DNA of 64,000 nucleotides, from assembly GCA_963664705.1 (NCBI GenBank), contig OY761556.1, positions 2,400,001-2,464,000 of the forward strand, given 5' to 3'. Source of the stretch: Acidobacteriota bacterium. GTDB taxonomy: Bacteria > Acidobacteriota > UBA6911. Positions 19,871 through 29,418 of this stretch are shown piece by piece. A model generated the notes under the pieces. The model was not told the origin of the DNA. It worked only from the letters and a program-made list of their open reading frames with translations, and made no database searches. Both the position numbers and the translations under genes were made by a program. The first letter of the stretch is position 1; each line of letters starts with the position of its first letter.

Positions 19871-21757
19871 TTAGTTGTTCCAATCCTTTACTAATTCTGA
19901 CAAGCCTAATTCCTCTACTGTCTGCTTTGTCGGCATCCCGGTTTTGATATCCCACCCCATTGCGCTAAAATAGCCTTCCTTCAGGGCCTGAAAGTCAATC
20001 TTCGGCGGAGCACCATTCTGAACAGGCAGCGGCTCCTCTTTCATCCTGGCGGGAAGATCAATCTGATCCGGTGTAATCCCTTCCCTGGCTGTGAAAGCCT
20101 GCCGCAGCGTCAGAATCCTGCGTCCGGTTTTGAGCGCCTCCTCCCAACTCAGATCCCATCCTGTTACGCCGGCAAGCAATTCGGCTACGGCCGGAGGCTG
20201 CGTGTTGACCGCATAGAGAGCGCATAGCCCGGACACATCCATCAATAATTGATAGGCGGCTCCGGTCGAATAGATCATTCCCTTCTTATCGAAATCCGCA
20301 AAAGGACTCAGTTTCGGCACCTGCAGCGCCGGATCAGTTCCGAGCGGAGCTCCGTTCTCGAGCATGCCGATGACCTGGCTGTTCATATGGTGGCCGGGAT
20401 TTGCATCAGCAATAAAGGCAGTTCCTCCCGCCGGGCTCATTCGGGGATCATGGAAAGGCAATCCCTTCCCTCGAACTGCCACCGAGAATCGCTCCGATCC
20501 ACGGCCGATCCGTTCGGCGGCCTTTGTGGGACCATCCGCGAGGACAGCTCCGAATCCCTCTCTCCTGGCTATTTTTTCGGTCAGAGCCACGATGGCTTCC
20601 GCATTCCCCCAGGCTAAATCCAGGCCATCCGTATCCTGCATCCCGATCAGCCCGTTTTCATAGCATTCCATTGCGAACGCGATAACCGTACCGGTAGAAA
20701 TGGTATCAATTCCATACCGGTTGCAGATGTCATTGGCCTTGATCACAGCCTCCTGGTTATCATTCACAAGCAGCGTACCCAGAGCGGCCAGCGTCTCATA
20801 TTCGGGCCGGTGCATCTCGCCGGGGATCGCAAAGGGTCCCTCTTTTTGTTCAATGATGGCGCCGCAACGAATAGGGCAGGCCTGGCAGGCATAGCCGCCT
20901 TTTTTGTACTTATCCATGTTGCCGCTGTCGAGCTTGTTGGCTGTCGGCATGGATTCTGTCCCGGTCAGCCGCCAGTTTTTGACCGGAGAATCCCCGATCG
21001 ATACAAGGAAGCTGACTGCGCCGCCAGTGCCGGCCGCCGTTAGCCCTTTTCCAAACTCGCTGGATTTGATAATGGACAAAAAACGATCCGTGGCTTCGCG
21101 CAGTTTGGCTCGGTCCGCGATGGGTATTTTTTTCGTGCCACCTCTGACGGCGACGGCCTTCAATAACTTGGAACCCATGACGGCGCCAACGCCGCCACGA
21201 GCCGCAATCCGTCCTTTCTCATTTACAATACCCGCGAGCAGTGATTGGGCTTCACCCGCAGGACCGATGGAGGCAACCTTCAATCTGTCGTCACCGATCT
21301 CCCTGCAAATCCTCCCTTCCGTTTCATAGGTATCAAGGCCCCACAATCCGGACGCATCACGAAGTTCCGCCTTTCCGTCCCGAATCAGCAGATACACGGG
21401 CCTGGGGGAAGCTCCCTTGAAAAAAATGGCGTCATACCCGGCTGTCTTCAGTTCAGGCCCGAAGGTGCCCCCCGCATTGGATTCGCACCATGTGCCCGTA
21501 AGTGGGGATTTGGTAACGACACCATATCTTCCGCTTCCGGGCACGGTCGTCCCGGTGAGCGTTCCCACAACAAATCCCAACATATTATCTGTGCCGAGTG
21601 GATCGACTCCGGCTTTCATCTGCTCGTATAAAACTCGGATGCCAAATCCGTAGCCGCCGATAAACTGGCGGCACATCTCCTCCGGCAGATCCATTTCCTG
21701 CATTGAATGTTTACTTAGGTCTACAAAAAGAATTCTCCCCGCATATCCGCAGAGCAT
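19871..21757 (-). CDS. aor: Aldehyde:ferredoxin oxidoreductase (tungsten AOR/WOR family)
   Basis: GYAGRILFVDL, KSPLTG, GAVMGSKLLKAV, CQACPIRC, EYET and DTIS motifs; start ATG 21757 after GGAGG. Confidence 0.92.
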   Translation of the reverse strand: MLCGYAGRILFVDLSKHSMQEMDLPEEMCRQFIGGYGFGIRVLYEQMKAGVDPLGTDNMLGFVVGTLTGTTVPGSGRYGVVTKSPLTGTWCESNAGGTFGPELKTAGYDAIFFKGASPRPVYLLIRDGKAELRDASGLWGLDTYETEGRICREIGDDRLKVASIGPAGEAQSLLAGIVNEKGRIAARGGVGAVMGSKLLKAVAVRGGTKKIPIADRAKLREATDRFLSIIKSSEFGKGLTAAGTGGAVSFLVSIGDSPVKNWRLTGTESMPTANKLDSGNMDKYKKGGYACQACPIRCGAIIEQKEGPFAIPGEMHRPEYETLAALGTLLVNDNQEAVIKANDICNRYGIDTISTGTVIAFAMECYENGLIGMQDTDGLDLAWGNAEAIVALTEKIARREGFGAVLADGPTKAAERIGRGSERFSVAVRGKGLPFHDPRMSPAGGTAFIADANPGHHMNSQVIGMLENGAPLGTDPALQVPKLSPFADFDKKGMIYSTGAAYQLLMDVSGLCALYAVNTQPPAVAELLAGVTGWDLSWEEALKTGRRILTLRQAFTAREGITPDQIDLPARMKEEPLPVQNGAPPKIDFQALKEGYFSAMGWDIKTGMPTKQTVEELGLSELVKDWNN

Positions 21758-21851
21758 ACGACCTCCAAAAGAATGACCGATACCTGGACAGACTGCGACG
21801 CCATGGATCAATGATGGTAGGCAGTATACAGGGAAGCTGTATAATGCCGCA

Positions 21852-22598
21852 ATGCGATTGATGATTAGCGTAGTGTCGGCAGTGGAGGCAGCCAGGGCAC
21901 GCAGCGGCGGAGCTTCGCTTCTGGATGTGAAGAATCCAGAGGAGGGGTCCCTGGGTGCCCAGTGCCCCGAGGTAATCCGCGAGATAAGGAATGTTGCGGG
22001 GGCAGGGGCCGATCTCAGTGTTGCAATTGGCGATATGCCCAACCTTCCTGGAACAGCAGCGCTGGCAGCGCTTGGCGCCGCCGCCTGCGGCGCGGACTAC
22101 ATTAAGGTCGGACTCCATGGCGTGCACAACTATATCGATGCGATCCGCCTTCTGCGCGGAATAAAGGAATCGGTCGTCGGATATAAAACAAAGGTCATTG
22201 CCGCCGCCTATGCGGACTATCGCAATATAGGATCCCTTGATCCGGGCTGCCTTCCGCTCGTTGCTGAGTCTGTGGGGGTCGATGGATACTTGATTGATAC
22301 GGCGGTCAAGGATGGAAGGACGCTGTTGGACTATTATTCAGCGGAGGATCTGGCAATCCTTGCCAACGAGGCGCATGCCCGGGGCCTTCTTTTTGGAGCG
22401 GCGGGAGCGCTTCGGAAAGAGCATCTGCCTCTGTTGCAGGCTGCGGGTGTCGATGTTGCCGGACTTCGCTCAGCAGTATGCAATAACGGCATCCGTACCG
22501 GCACGTTGGATTCCGGTCGCGTCCGCGAACTGATTCAGATGTATGGCGGCTTCTTTGCCGCCAGCTCCACGAATTTGCACAAAGCCGATCTAAGGTGA
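21852..22598 (+). CDS. mfnB: (5-formylfuran-3-yl)methyl phosphate synthase (DUF556, Orf22-like)
   Basis: DVKNPEEGSLGA, DYIKVG and IDTAVKDG motifs. Confidence 0.92.
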   Translation: MRLMISVVSAVEAARARSGGASLLDVKNPEEGSLGAQCPEVIREIRNVAGAGADLSVAIGDMPNLPGTAALAALGAAACGADYIKVGLHGVHNYIDAIRLLRGIKESVVGYKTKVIAAAYADYRNIGSLDPGCLPLVAESVGVDGYLIDTAVKDGRTLLDYYSAEDLAILANEAHARGLLFGAAGALRKEHLPLLQAAGVDVAGLRSAVCNNGIRTGTLDSGRVRELIQMYGGFFAASSTNLHKADLR

Positions 22599-23246
22599 AC
22601 TCGACGCTCGGATGTGCGTTCCCATCGTATGTCCTGTTCTCAGCAATTCCGTGAGACGGCCGGGTTGCATACCATTCACGATCCAGGCTTCAACACTGCT
22701 TTCGCCCAATGCCCGGGACAGGTATTCATCGACTCCTCCGCTATGCTCTTTCAACTGCGCGCACGTCATCTCCGCGATTATCCCGTTGGGATTCAATAGT
22801 CCGTCGACATCCTTGAGAAGGATCAGTCGGGCACAGCCGATGCGTGCGGCGATCCATGCCGCAATGGAATCAGAGGTTACATGCCATGAATGCGGCAGAG
22901 GATCTTCGCGCATCATGATTGTCGCGGGAAGAAGTATCGAGGTTTCGCCGGACATGGCTTTGGTGCAGGCAATGTCAAGATCATGGGTAAGACGGCAGTC
23001 CCTCATCAGATGATGCAGAACATAGCCGTATTGATCCATGGCCAGCAACGCCATGTTGTGAGCAGCCGTCTGCTCCAGATGATATCGGCGATCCGCTTTG
23101 CGCACCTGGTCGGCAAAATCTCCTCCACCGGGTATTACCAGCAGTGAGCGCTCTTTCCCCAATCGGTTTATCTCTTCGCAAAGGGTATTCAGTCCGTTCC
23201 CACGGCTAAGACTGCCCCCGACTTTGAGCACCGCGTCGAGATTCAT
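22590..23246 (-). CDS. mfnE: Amino-acid-kinase-fold furan phosphate kinase (MfnE/Orf21-like)
   Basis: VLKVGGSL, PGGGDFAD, SWHVTSDSIA and KDVDG motifs; start overlaps the upstream stop (ATGA). Confidence 0.82.
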   Translation of the reverse strand: MNLDAVLKVGGSLSRGNGLNTLCEEINRLGKERSLLVIPGGGDFADQVRKADRRYHLEQTAAHNMALLAMDQYGYVLHHLMRDCRLTHDLDIACTKAMSGETSILLPATIMMREDPLPHSWHVTSDSIAAWIAARIGCARLILLKDVDGLLNPNGIIAEMTCAQLKEHSGGVDEYLSRALGESSVEAWIVNGMQPGRLTELLRTGHTMGTHIRASSSP

Positions 23247-24286
23247 GCCAATTCCCTGCTCAGATGACGCGCCAGCAACTGCGCCACAGCAAGGCTGGGC
23301 GCAACCGCCGACTCCTTTTTTCCAAGATTGCCGGGGATTGTACCGATGTCCAATCCTGCCTTTTCGGCCGCCGCTTTGGCTAGAAAAGAACCGGCTCCCA
23401 AAACCACGACTGAATGCCTGCGCAATTGCGGCAGCCGGGCAACTACCTGCTCGATTCCTGTTTGAATCTGCCGCACCTGGCATGCGGCCAGATACCGGGC
23501 TATCCCATCAATCTGAGCGGCCTCAAGCGCCTCCATATCTGCACATACGAGACGCGCAATGCGTCTGCGCGCAGAATCGATCGAAACCGATTCGCTATCA
23601 GGTGTCGGGCAATGATACTCGTCGACTTGCAGATTTCCGAGAATCAGGTGGATATCGCCGCTAATCGCAAAATATTCCGAAGCCACCGGACAAAATCGGG
23701 CTGAAACCGGTACGGCCGGTGCAATCGCCGCCAGATTTGTTCGCAGTGCCCCGGTGTACACCAACTCTCCCGCAAGCAGTCGATCCAAATCCGTGCGTCC
23801 CAGGGCAGCCACACGCCCATCAATGATCGGCATTATGTCGGTGGTTGTGCTGCCGGTGTCGATCACCAGGCCGTCCGACATTTGCCGGGCCACCCATTGT
23901 GCCGTGGCCATCCAGTTCGAAGCAGCAAAATCAAGCGGGCGCAGGCCCGCATCCTCCAGCGAAACAAACTCTCCGGCGAGACTAAAAACAAAGGTCTTCA
24001 CTTCAGGAAATGCTGTCTTGAAGCAGCTTAGAACGTACAGGACACCTTCGCGCTTGGTCAGGAATGCATCGGACAGTTCAGCCGTCATGGTGATGGCGGC
24101 AGTGTGCGGATCTGCGGCGCCGCGAACCGCACCCCAAACCTCCAGCAATACCTTGGGCAAGTCCTGCTTATGGCGCCATATCTCAAATGCTTGCGATGCC
24201 ACAAACGCTTCATCGCCCAAAGCTTTCCCGCAATTCCATCGCGCCGCTTTTATATTGGCCGCCCCGATATCCCAACCAACGATCAT
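23243..24286 (-). CDS. mfnF: MfnF/Orf9-like hydantoinase-family protein (methanofuran core coupling)
   Basis: GWDIGAANIK, TMTAELSD, ASNW, DTGSTTTD, ELVYTG and RIARLVCAD motifs. Confidence 0.88.
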   Translation of the reverse strand: MIVGWDIGAANIKAARWNCGKALGDEAFVASQAFEIWRHKQDLPKVLLEVWGAVRGAADPHTAAITMTAELSDAFLTKREGVLYVLSCFKTAFPEVKTFVFSLAGEFVSLEDAGLRPLDFAASNWMATAQWVARQMSDGLVIDTGSTTTDIMPIIDGRVAALGRTDLDRLLAGELVYTGALRTNLAAIAPAVPVSARFCPVASEYFAISGDIHLILGNLQVDEYHCPTPDSESVSIDSARRRIARLVCADMEALEAAQIDGIARYLAACQVRQIQTGIEQVVARLPQLRRHSVVVLGAGSFLAKAAAEKAGLDIGTIPGNLGKKESAVAPSLAVAQLLARHLSRELA

Positions 24287-25377
24287 CCCTGCACCGCCAA
24301 ATTCCCCATAAGCCGATCGGAAAGCCCCCAGGTCCGAAAGTCATTTTTTAGAATAGTGACCTGTCCGGAAATCGGAATCTGCTCAGGCAGCATTCCGTGT
24401 AGACAAGCCTTAAAAATAGCCTCCGCAAGGTTCACCCGGCTTACCTGCCGCAAGCCGATATAGGAAGTCGTCAGCCTCGGATTGATTTCGATCAACTGTG
24501 CCACACCTTCAGTCAAAACAAGATCCACCCCCACATAGCCTTGCAATCCGGGAATGGATCGTACCGCGGAACAGGCCAATTCCGATACATCCCGGGCCAA
24601 TGGGCTTTGAAACGGAACCCGGCTTCCCATGTATTTTAGTTGTGAACCAGTTTCCATCAGCTGTTCATTGAGGCTTATCGCCATGCAATGATCGCGGGAA
24701 GCCAGAACGGATACACTGACGGAACGTCCGGCGACATAGGGCTGCAGCAGGAATTGATTGTGCGATGTGGACTGCCGAACCTGTCGCAGCGCCTTGTTGA
24801 TTTCGCTCCTGTCCTGAACACAACATACGCCATCGCTCCCCGCACCATCCAGCGGCTTGAGCACCAATGGAAAAGCAGACAGGTTGAAAATATCGGTGCC
24901 ACAATCAAAGGGGAGACATCGAGTTTGTGGAGAAGGAAGCTTCCTGTTCAAAAAAACATCGTGGCACAATGCTTTATTCCCGGTCAGCGCCGCAGCAGAA
25001 CTGCAGGAACCCAGAACCGGTATATCCTTATCTTCAGCCTGCTTTGTAAGTGCAGCCAGGATATTATCCGTCTCCGGTGCAATAATAAGCACGGCGTCAC
25101 ATAGTTCCAGTAATGTACCAAACCCATTGCAGGGGCAGTCCTCCGAAATGGAAATGACCTGATCGGCAGGCAGGGTGGTACGGTTGAGTCCGGGAATTCG
25201 ATCTTCAACGTGGGAATCCAGAGCAGCGATTGTCCGAACTTCTCCCCAGTGTTTGAAATCGGTCAGGAGCGCCCAAATCATGCCGAGCGCTTCGATTGCC
25301 AGATCGGCAGGAATATCCTTGCCGAGGCAACCGCCGCCGGTAAAGAATTCATAGACCAGAACTGTTGAGGAAGACAT
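24283..25377 (-). CDS. mfnD: ATP-grasp ligase, MfnD-like (tyramine/tyrosine-glutamate ligase)
   Basis: VYEFFTGGG, IAPE, KPLDGAGS, GYVGVDL and IEINPRLTTSY motifs; start could be 25377, 25386 or 25395. Confidence 0.78.
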   Translation of the reverse strand: MSSSTVLVYEFFTGGGCLGKDIPADLAIEALGMIWALLTDFKHWGEVRTIAALDSHVEDRIPGLNRTTLPADQVISISEDCPCNGFGTLLELCDAVLIIAPETDNILAALTKQAEDKDIPVLGSCSSAAALTGNKALCHDVFLNRKLPSPQTRCLPFDCGTDIFNLSAFPLVLKPLDGAGSDGVCCVQDRSEINKALRQVRQSTSHNQFLLQPYVAGRSVSVSVLASRDHCMAISLNEQLMETGSQLKYMGSRVPFQSPLARDVSELACSAVRSIPGLQGYVGVDLVLTEGVAQLIEINPRLTTSYIGLRQVSRVNLAEAIFKACLHGMLPEQIPISGQVTILKNDFRTWGLSDRLMGNLAVQG

Positions 25378-26155
25378 GCGAATCATACCCGTCATCGATC
25401 TATTAAACGGTTTTGCGGTTCACGCCATCAAGGGGGACCGAAAAAACTACCGGCCGCTTCACAGCATACTATGCAGCCAACCGGATCCTATCACAATCGC
25501 TCGATCTTTTCGGACCCAGCTCGGACTCAAGGAACTTTACCTGGCTGACCTGGATTGCATTCAGTACCGCGACAGCGCAAAGCATCGCCGGTTGATATCC
25601 AGCCTGGCGACAAACGAGTCCATGGATATTATCCTGGATGCAGGCGTTTCCGAGATTGAGGCCGCCATTGATTGGATAAACGCAGGAATCCACAAGATTG
25701 TCATCGGATCTGAGACGCTGCGGGCACTCAGCGTCATTGCGCAAATTCCGCAAACCCTCGACAAAAATCGCATTGTTTTCAGCCTTGATCTCCAGTCCGG
25801 CGCCATCCTGTCTCAATGCAGTGAATTCGCGGCCCTGTCCCCGATCGAAGCACTGGACCTGCTTCAATCGGCTGGATGGCAAGAGGTCATTCTGTTGGAT
25901 CTCACCCGTGTCGGCAGCGGGATGGGCATCGACCGGAATCTGGTTGCCGAGACACGACGAAGATTTCCGGAAATGAACCTGCTGGTTGGAGGCGGGATTG
26001 CCGGCCCTGAACAGATGTCGGAGCTTTGGGAATCAGGCGTTGCCGGGGTATTGCTGGCGACAGCGCTGCATAACGGAACCATTACAACCCAAAACATTTC
26101 CGCAATGCAGGAGCCGCAAAAAAAGAGGTGCCCCGCTTTCACCGCGGGGCACTGA
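25376..26155 (+). CDS. HisA/HisF-related TIM-barrel protein of H4MPT clusters (Orf17-like)
   Basis: MRIIPVIDL, AVHA..G.R..YRP, LYLADLD, LDLTRVGSGMG and GVLLATALH motifs. Confidence 0.85.
   Translation: MRIIPVIDLLNGFAVHAIKGDRKNYRPLHSILCSQPDPITIARSFRTQLGLKELYLADLDCIQYRDSAKHRRLISSLATNESMDIILDAGVSEIEAAIDWINAGIHKIVIGSETLRALSVIAQIPQTLDKNRIVFSLDLQSGAILSQCSEFAALSPIEALDLLQSAGWQEVILLDLTRVGSGMGIDRNLVAETRRRFPEMNLLVGGGIAGPEQMSELWESGVAGVLLATALHNGTITTQNISAMQEPQKKRCPAFTAGH
26118..26152 (-). terminator. Rho-independent terminator for fae, inside the 3' end of the opposite gene
   Basis: Perfect 9-bp stem GTGCCCCGC/GCGGGGCAC followed on the minus strand by CTC and seven T residues. Confidence 0.7.
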
Positions 26156-26185
26156 TATTGAGTCTCCCGATTATGGACTTCGGCT

Positions 26186-26698
26186 TTATTTATATGCCGC
26201 GAAGGGATGAGCCAGCTCACCTTTCTTCGCCTGAATTTCCGCAGCCTTCGGCTCCCCGGCAACAGCGCGCTGGATGGCAAGCTTCGTGGCTTCGTAATTG
26301 AACTTCTGGATCTTGGCATCGTCCTTCGCTTCCCAATGGATGAACACGCCAACCAGAACAAATATATCCTCGGCCTCTGCCGCCGGAATCGTTCCCTCTT
26401 CCACGCAATCGGCCACGGCCATTGCCACAGCCCGCTGTGCAGGCCCAAACATCTGCACCGCCTGCGTCGCATTCTTTATCGTCACTTTATTGAACATGAC
26501 GGTGGAAGGTTTGCATACGAGGTTCGGAGCTACTACGGCCAGCAATGCGGTAAACCCGTCTTTGTTGTTTGTGAGCGTATTGCAAAAAGCTGTTTCGGCA
26601 GCACTCCCGCGAGGTCCCATCAACAGATCGATATGAGCAACTTCATTTCCATCGCCGATCAGAGCTTCGCCTACCATCACACGATTTATTTTTGCCAT
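26186..26698 (-). CDS. fae: Formaldehyde-activating enzyme
   Basis: [29 protein letters not shown] and VFIHWEA motifs; AGGAGG ribosome-binding site. Confidence 0.97.
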   Translation of the reverse strand: MAKINRVMVGEALIGDGNEVAHIDLLMGPRGSAAETAFCNTLTNNKDGFTALLAVVAPNLVCKPSTVMFNKVTIKNATQAVQMFGPAQRAVAMAVADCVEEGTIPAAEAEDIFVLVGVFIHWEAKDDAKIQKFNYEATKLAIQRAVAGEPKAAEIQAKKGELAHPFAAYK

Positions 26699-26741
26699 TT
26701 CGCCTCCTAATAATTCGAGAACCGTTCAGTTTGGTGCTGGA

Positions 26742-26770
26742 TCTATATATCGCATAGTACATTTTGTCAA
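26742..26770 (-). promoter_or_regulatory. Possible sigma70-type internal promoter for fae
   Basis: Minus strand reads TTGACA-N17-TATAGA in the AT-rich gap upstream of fae; the -10 box is imperfect. Confidence 0.4.
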
Positions 26771-26807
26771 CACGATTCGAAATACACCACTTTTAATAAC
26801 TTTGTTT

Positions 26808-27635
26808 TCATAAGATCTGGCATTGAGGACAATAGTAGATTGCGCCACCCAGGTACGCTTCCTTTTTTATTGGTCGTCCGCAGTCGGCACAGGGCTTGTT
26901 CACCGTTTTTTTGCTGAGGATTGTATGATACCCGCCCGACATACCATACAAATCCAATTCGGTATCTCGCCCTCCCTGGATCTCCATGGCGGCCAGGGTT
27001 GACTTAACCGATGCATATAAAGTGGCACGATCTTTCTCCGTAAGCGTCCGGGTCTTCCTCTTGGGATGCAATTTCGCATGGAACAGAATATCCTGCAACG
27101 TCCCATTCCCCAGCCCGGGAATTCTCTGCTCCGTCGCAAGCAAACCCTTGAGACTCAGGTTCCGGACATCGTCCGCAGCAGTGATTTTCTGAAAATAGGA
27201 TTCGCTGAACTTTGAAGCCAGGGGAGAGGGTTTTTCCTTGGCCACCTTATAGTACTTGTTTTCCAATTCCCCTCTTAGACAGCAACCCATGCCTCCGTAC
27301 ATCTGCACACAGGCGGTCAGCGCCGTATGATCGTCAAACTCGATAAGGAGTTGATGCTTCAGAGGGCGCGGTTCACCGGAGGGACAGAACCTGATCCCCA
27401 CTCCCTCACCCAGAAGGATGTCCGCCTCCCCTGCCCCTATCTCCACTAACCCGCCATACGCGATTGCTTTTCCAATTGTCTTTCCCATCAGCAAACGGCT
27501 ATAGCCATCCCGGTCGCCGTAGTACCACATCAACTTATGCGGGGTGTGACCGACCGTTACCCCCACAATCCGCTTCCCCTTGATCGTGGCGTTCAGTTGT
27601 TTGGAAATATTTGATGATTCCGGGAGTTCAATCAT
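26808..27635 (-). CDS. Fpg/Nei-family (endonuclease VIII-like) protein
   Basis: N-terminal MIELPE, H2TH motif IPGLGNG..QDILF and C-terminal CxxC...CxxCQ zinc finger. Confidence 0.85.
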   Translation of the reverse strand: MIELPESSNISKQLNATIKGKRIVGVTVGHTPHKLMWYYGDRDGYSRLLMGKTIGKAIAYGGLVEIGAGEADILLGEGVGIRFCPSGEPRPLKHQLLIEFDDHTALTACVQMYGGMGCCLRGELENKYYKVAKEKPSPLASKFSESYFQKITAADDVRNLSLKGLLATEQRIPGLGNGTLQDILFHAKLHPKRKTRTLTEKDRATLYASVKSTLAAMEIQGGRDTELDLYGMSGGYHTILSKKTVNKPCADCGRPIKKEAYLGGAIYYCPQCQIL

Positions 27636-27644
27636 GGCGACACC

Positions 27645-28541
27645 TCAAGTAACAATTCGCGTCAAACCCGAACCGGCAATGCCCGGCCCAAATCTCCAAT
27701 ACCGATCCAGCAGCACAAGAAAGACGACGGCAGTGGTCAAATCCGCCGTGGTCCCAGGATTCAGAGTATGGCCGGGATCCCGCAACGACCGGTCCAGATC
27801 TTTTATTGCCGACTCGCCCTCCGGCGAAAAAACGCCGCCCCGATCCAGTGCCGCCGCCGCCCTGCAGGAAACGCCTTGCGCCGTCTCCCCATCTTTCTTC
27901 CTAAAAATCAGCGTATCCGGAACACGACTCAGGATGGTAAGGTAGCACTGCACGACTGCACGGGAGAACTCCGCGCCGCGTGCCAATGCCGCCTGCAGCG
28001 CGGGATATCCAATTTCAAAGGATATCTCAAAATCGCTGGAATACTCTCTAGCAATGGAATCCCTTTCCCGCGCCAGTTGCATGGCCTGCAGCAGCGTTAT
28101 GGATGGCTGCGCCGCAATATCGGCAGTCTCCACCCGGCCCATGCCGCCCGGCTTTGCCATGCGAATGGCTTTGTAGGCAAAAACCGCATCCTCCACGCTT
28201 AATTCCTGAAGTACCGTATGGAGCTTTTCGCGAACTTCACCCAGGGAACGCGCGCATTGGCATGATTTCACTAATGGCGCAAGCAAAAGGATGATTCCAA
28301 GGTTGGTATTTGAACTTACCATGCGGTGAGTGGCGTCAACTGCCTGCAGGATGATTTCACCCACTCGGAGGGCTTCTGCTTTATCCAGGGCGGATCCGAT
28401 AGCGATAGCGCTCAGCAGAAAATCACTCATGGTCGCATCACAAAAATCCTGTTCTCGCGACACATTGCCCGGCTTTGAGGAACAAACATCCCATATGCAG
28501 GCCATCTGGGCAAGTTGAGCAATTTCTCCGGGCGTTTTCAT
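27645..28541 (-). CDS. CitG-like protein of H4MPT clusters (Orf7-like)
   Basis: KPGNV, NTNLGIILLLAP, PDTLI.RK and NPGTTADL motifs. Confidence 0.88.
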   Translation of the reverse strand: MKTPGEIAQLAQMACIWDVCSSKPGNVSREQDFCDATMSDFLLSAIAIGSALDKAEALRVGEIILQAVDATHRMVSSNTNLGIILLLAPLVKSCQCARSLGEVREKLHTVLQELSVEDAVFAYKAIRMAKPGGMGRVETADIAAQPSITLLQAMQLARERDSIAREYSSDFEISFEIGYPALQAALARGAEFSRAVVQCYLTILSRVPDTLIFRKKDGETAQGVSCRAAAALDRGGVFSPEGESAIKDLDRSLRDPGHTLNPGTTADLTTAVVFLVLLDRYWRFGPGIAGSGLTRIVT

Positions 28542-28545
28542 TGCA

Positions 28546-29412
28546 TCAGGATTCCAGCACATGATCGACAATGGCTTCGGCAATCTGCAATTCAGTGGTC
28601 TTTTGCAAACCGCGCCAGCCGGGAATGCTGTTTATTTCAATGACGTAAGTCGTTCCGTTCTCCGCAGGCATCAGATCTACGCCAGCGTAGTCCAATCCGA
28701 CAAGACGAGCCGCATCTACAGCCAGAGCCTTCATCTGTTCATCCAAATCAATAGGCTCAGCCGACGCACCCTGTGAAAAATTGGTTTTCCATCCTTTGCC
28801 GCGGCGCCGCATCGCCGCAATCACCCTCTCGCCCACAACAAAGGCACGTATATCCTCCTGCCGATGCGGCAGATATTCCTGAATATAGAAAATATAGCGA
28901 TTCAGTTCCCACGAACGCAGCACACGATAAGCGGTATCTTCATCGCAAATCCGGACCATTCCTTTGCCCTCGGATCCAAACAAGGGTTTGACAATGACAT
29001 CCCCTAATTCGCGACAAGCCTGCATTGCCGTTTCAAAATCTTCCGTTACCAGAGTCCGCGGCGTCTGGATTCCCGCGTCCGCAAGGAGGAAAGACGTGTA
29101 ATACTTATCCACGGTTTTCTCAATCGCGGATGCCGGGTTCACGACACGAACGCCCAACCGCTGCAATCGGTGGAAGGCATCCATTCGGAAGACGATCTGT
29201 TCCAGAGACCCGGTGGGAATGGTCCGAACAAACAACGCACGGCAATCGTCCAGCCGTTGGCCGCGAACATGAAGTGCCGGAGCGCCGTCGATCCAGCCGG
29301 CCATTCGAGTGATCGGGAAAAAAACAGGTTCGCAATTATGGTGGCGCACGGCCGCTTCCAGCGCCTGAACATGATAGCCCCTCTGGGAGGAGAGAATTCC
29401 TATCTTGTCCAT
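28546..29412 (-). CDS. RimK-family alpha-glutamate ligase (Orf5/MyfA/MptN-like)
   Basis: GSLEQIVFR, DKYYT, KPLFGSEGKG, DIRAFV, WKTN and EINSIPG motifs; follows mch as in methylotroph clusters. Confidence 0.88.
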   Translation of the reverse strand: MDKIGILSSQRGYHVQALEAAVRHHNCEPVFFPITRMAGWIDGAPALHVRGQRLDDCRALFVRTIPTGSLEQIVFRMDAFHRLQRLGVRVVNPASAIEKTVDKYYTSFLLADAGIQTPRTLVTEDFETAMQACRELGDVIVKPLFGSEGKGMVRICDEDTAYRVLRSWELNRYIFYIQEYLPHRQEDIRAFVVGERVIAAMRRRGKGWKTNFSQGASAEPIDLDEQMKALAVDAARLVGLDYAGVDLMPAENGTTYVIEINSIPGWRGLQKTTELQIAEAIVDHVLES

Positions 29413-29418
29413 CGTCGG

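Noticed and set aside
19871-22042. Extended ORF-track starts for aor (also ribD, mfnE, fwdC, mch and acpP)
   Set aside because: The extensions overlap neighbouring genes; internal ATGs with family-typical N-termini, several with clear ribosome-binding sites, were used instead.
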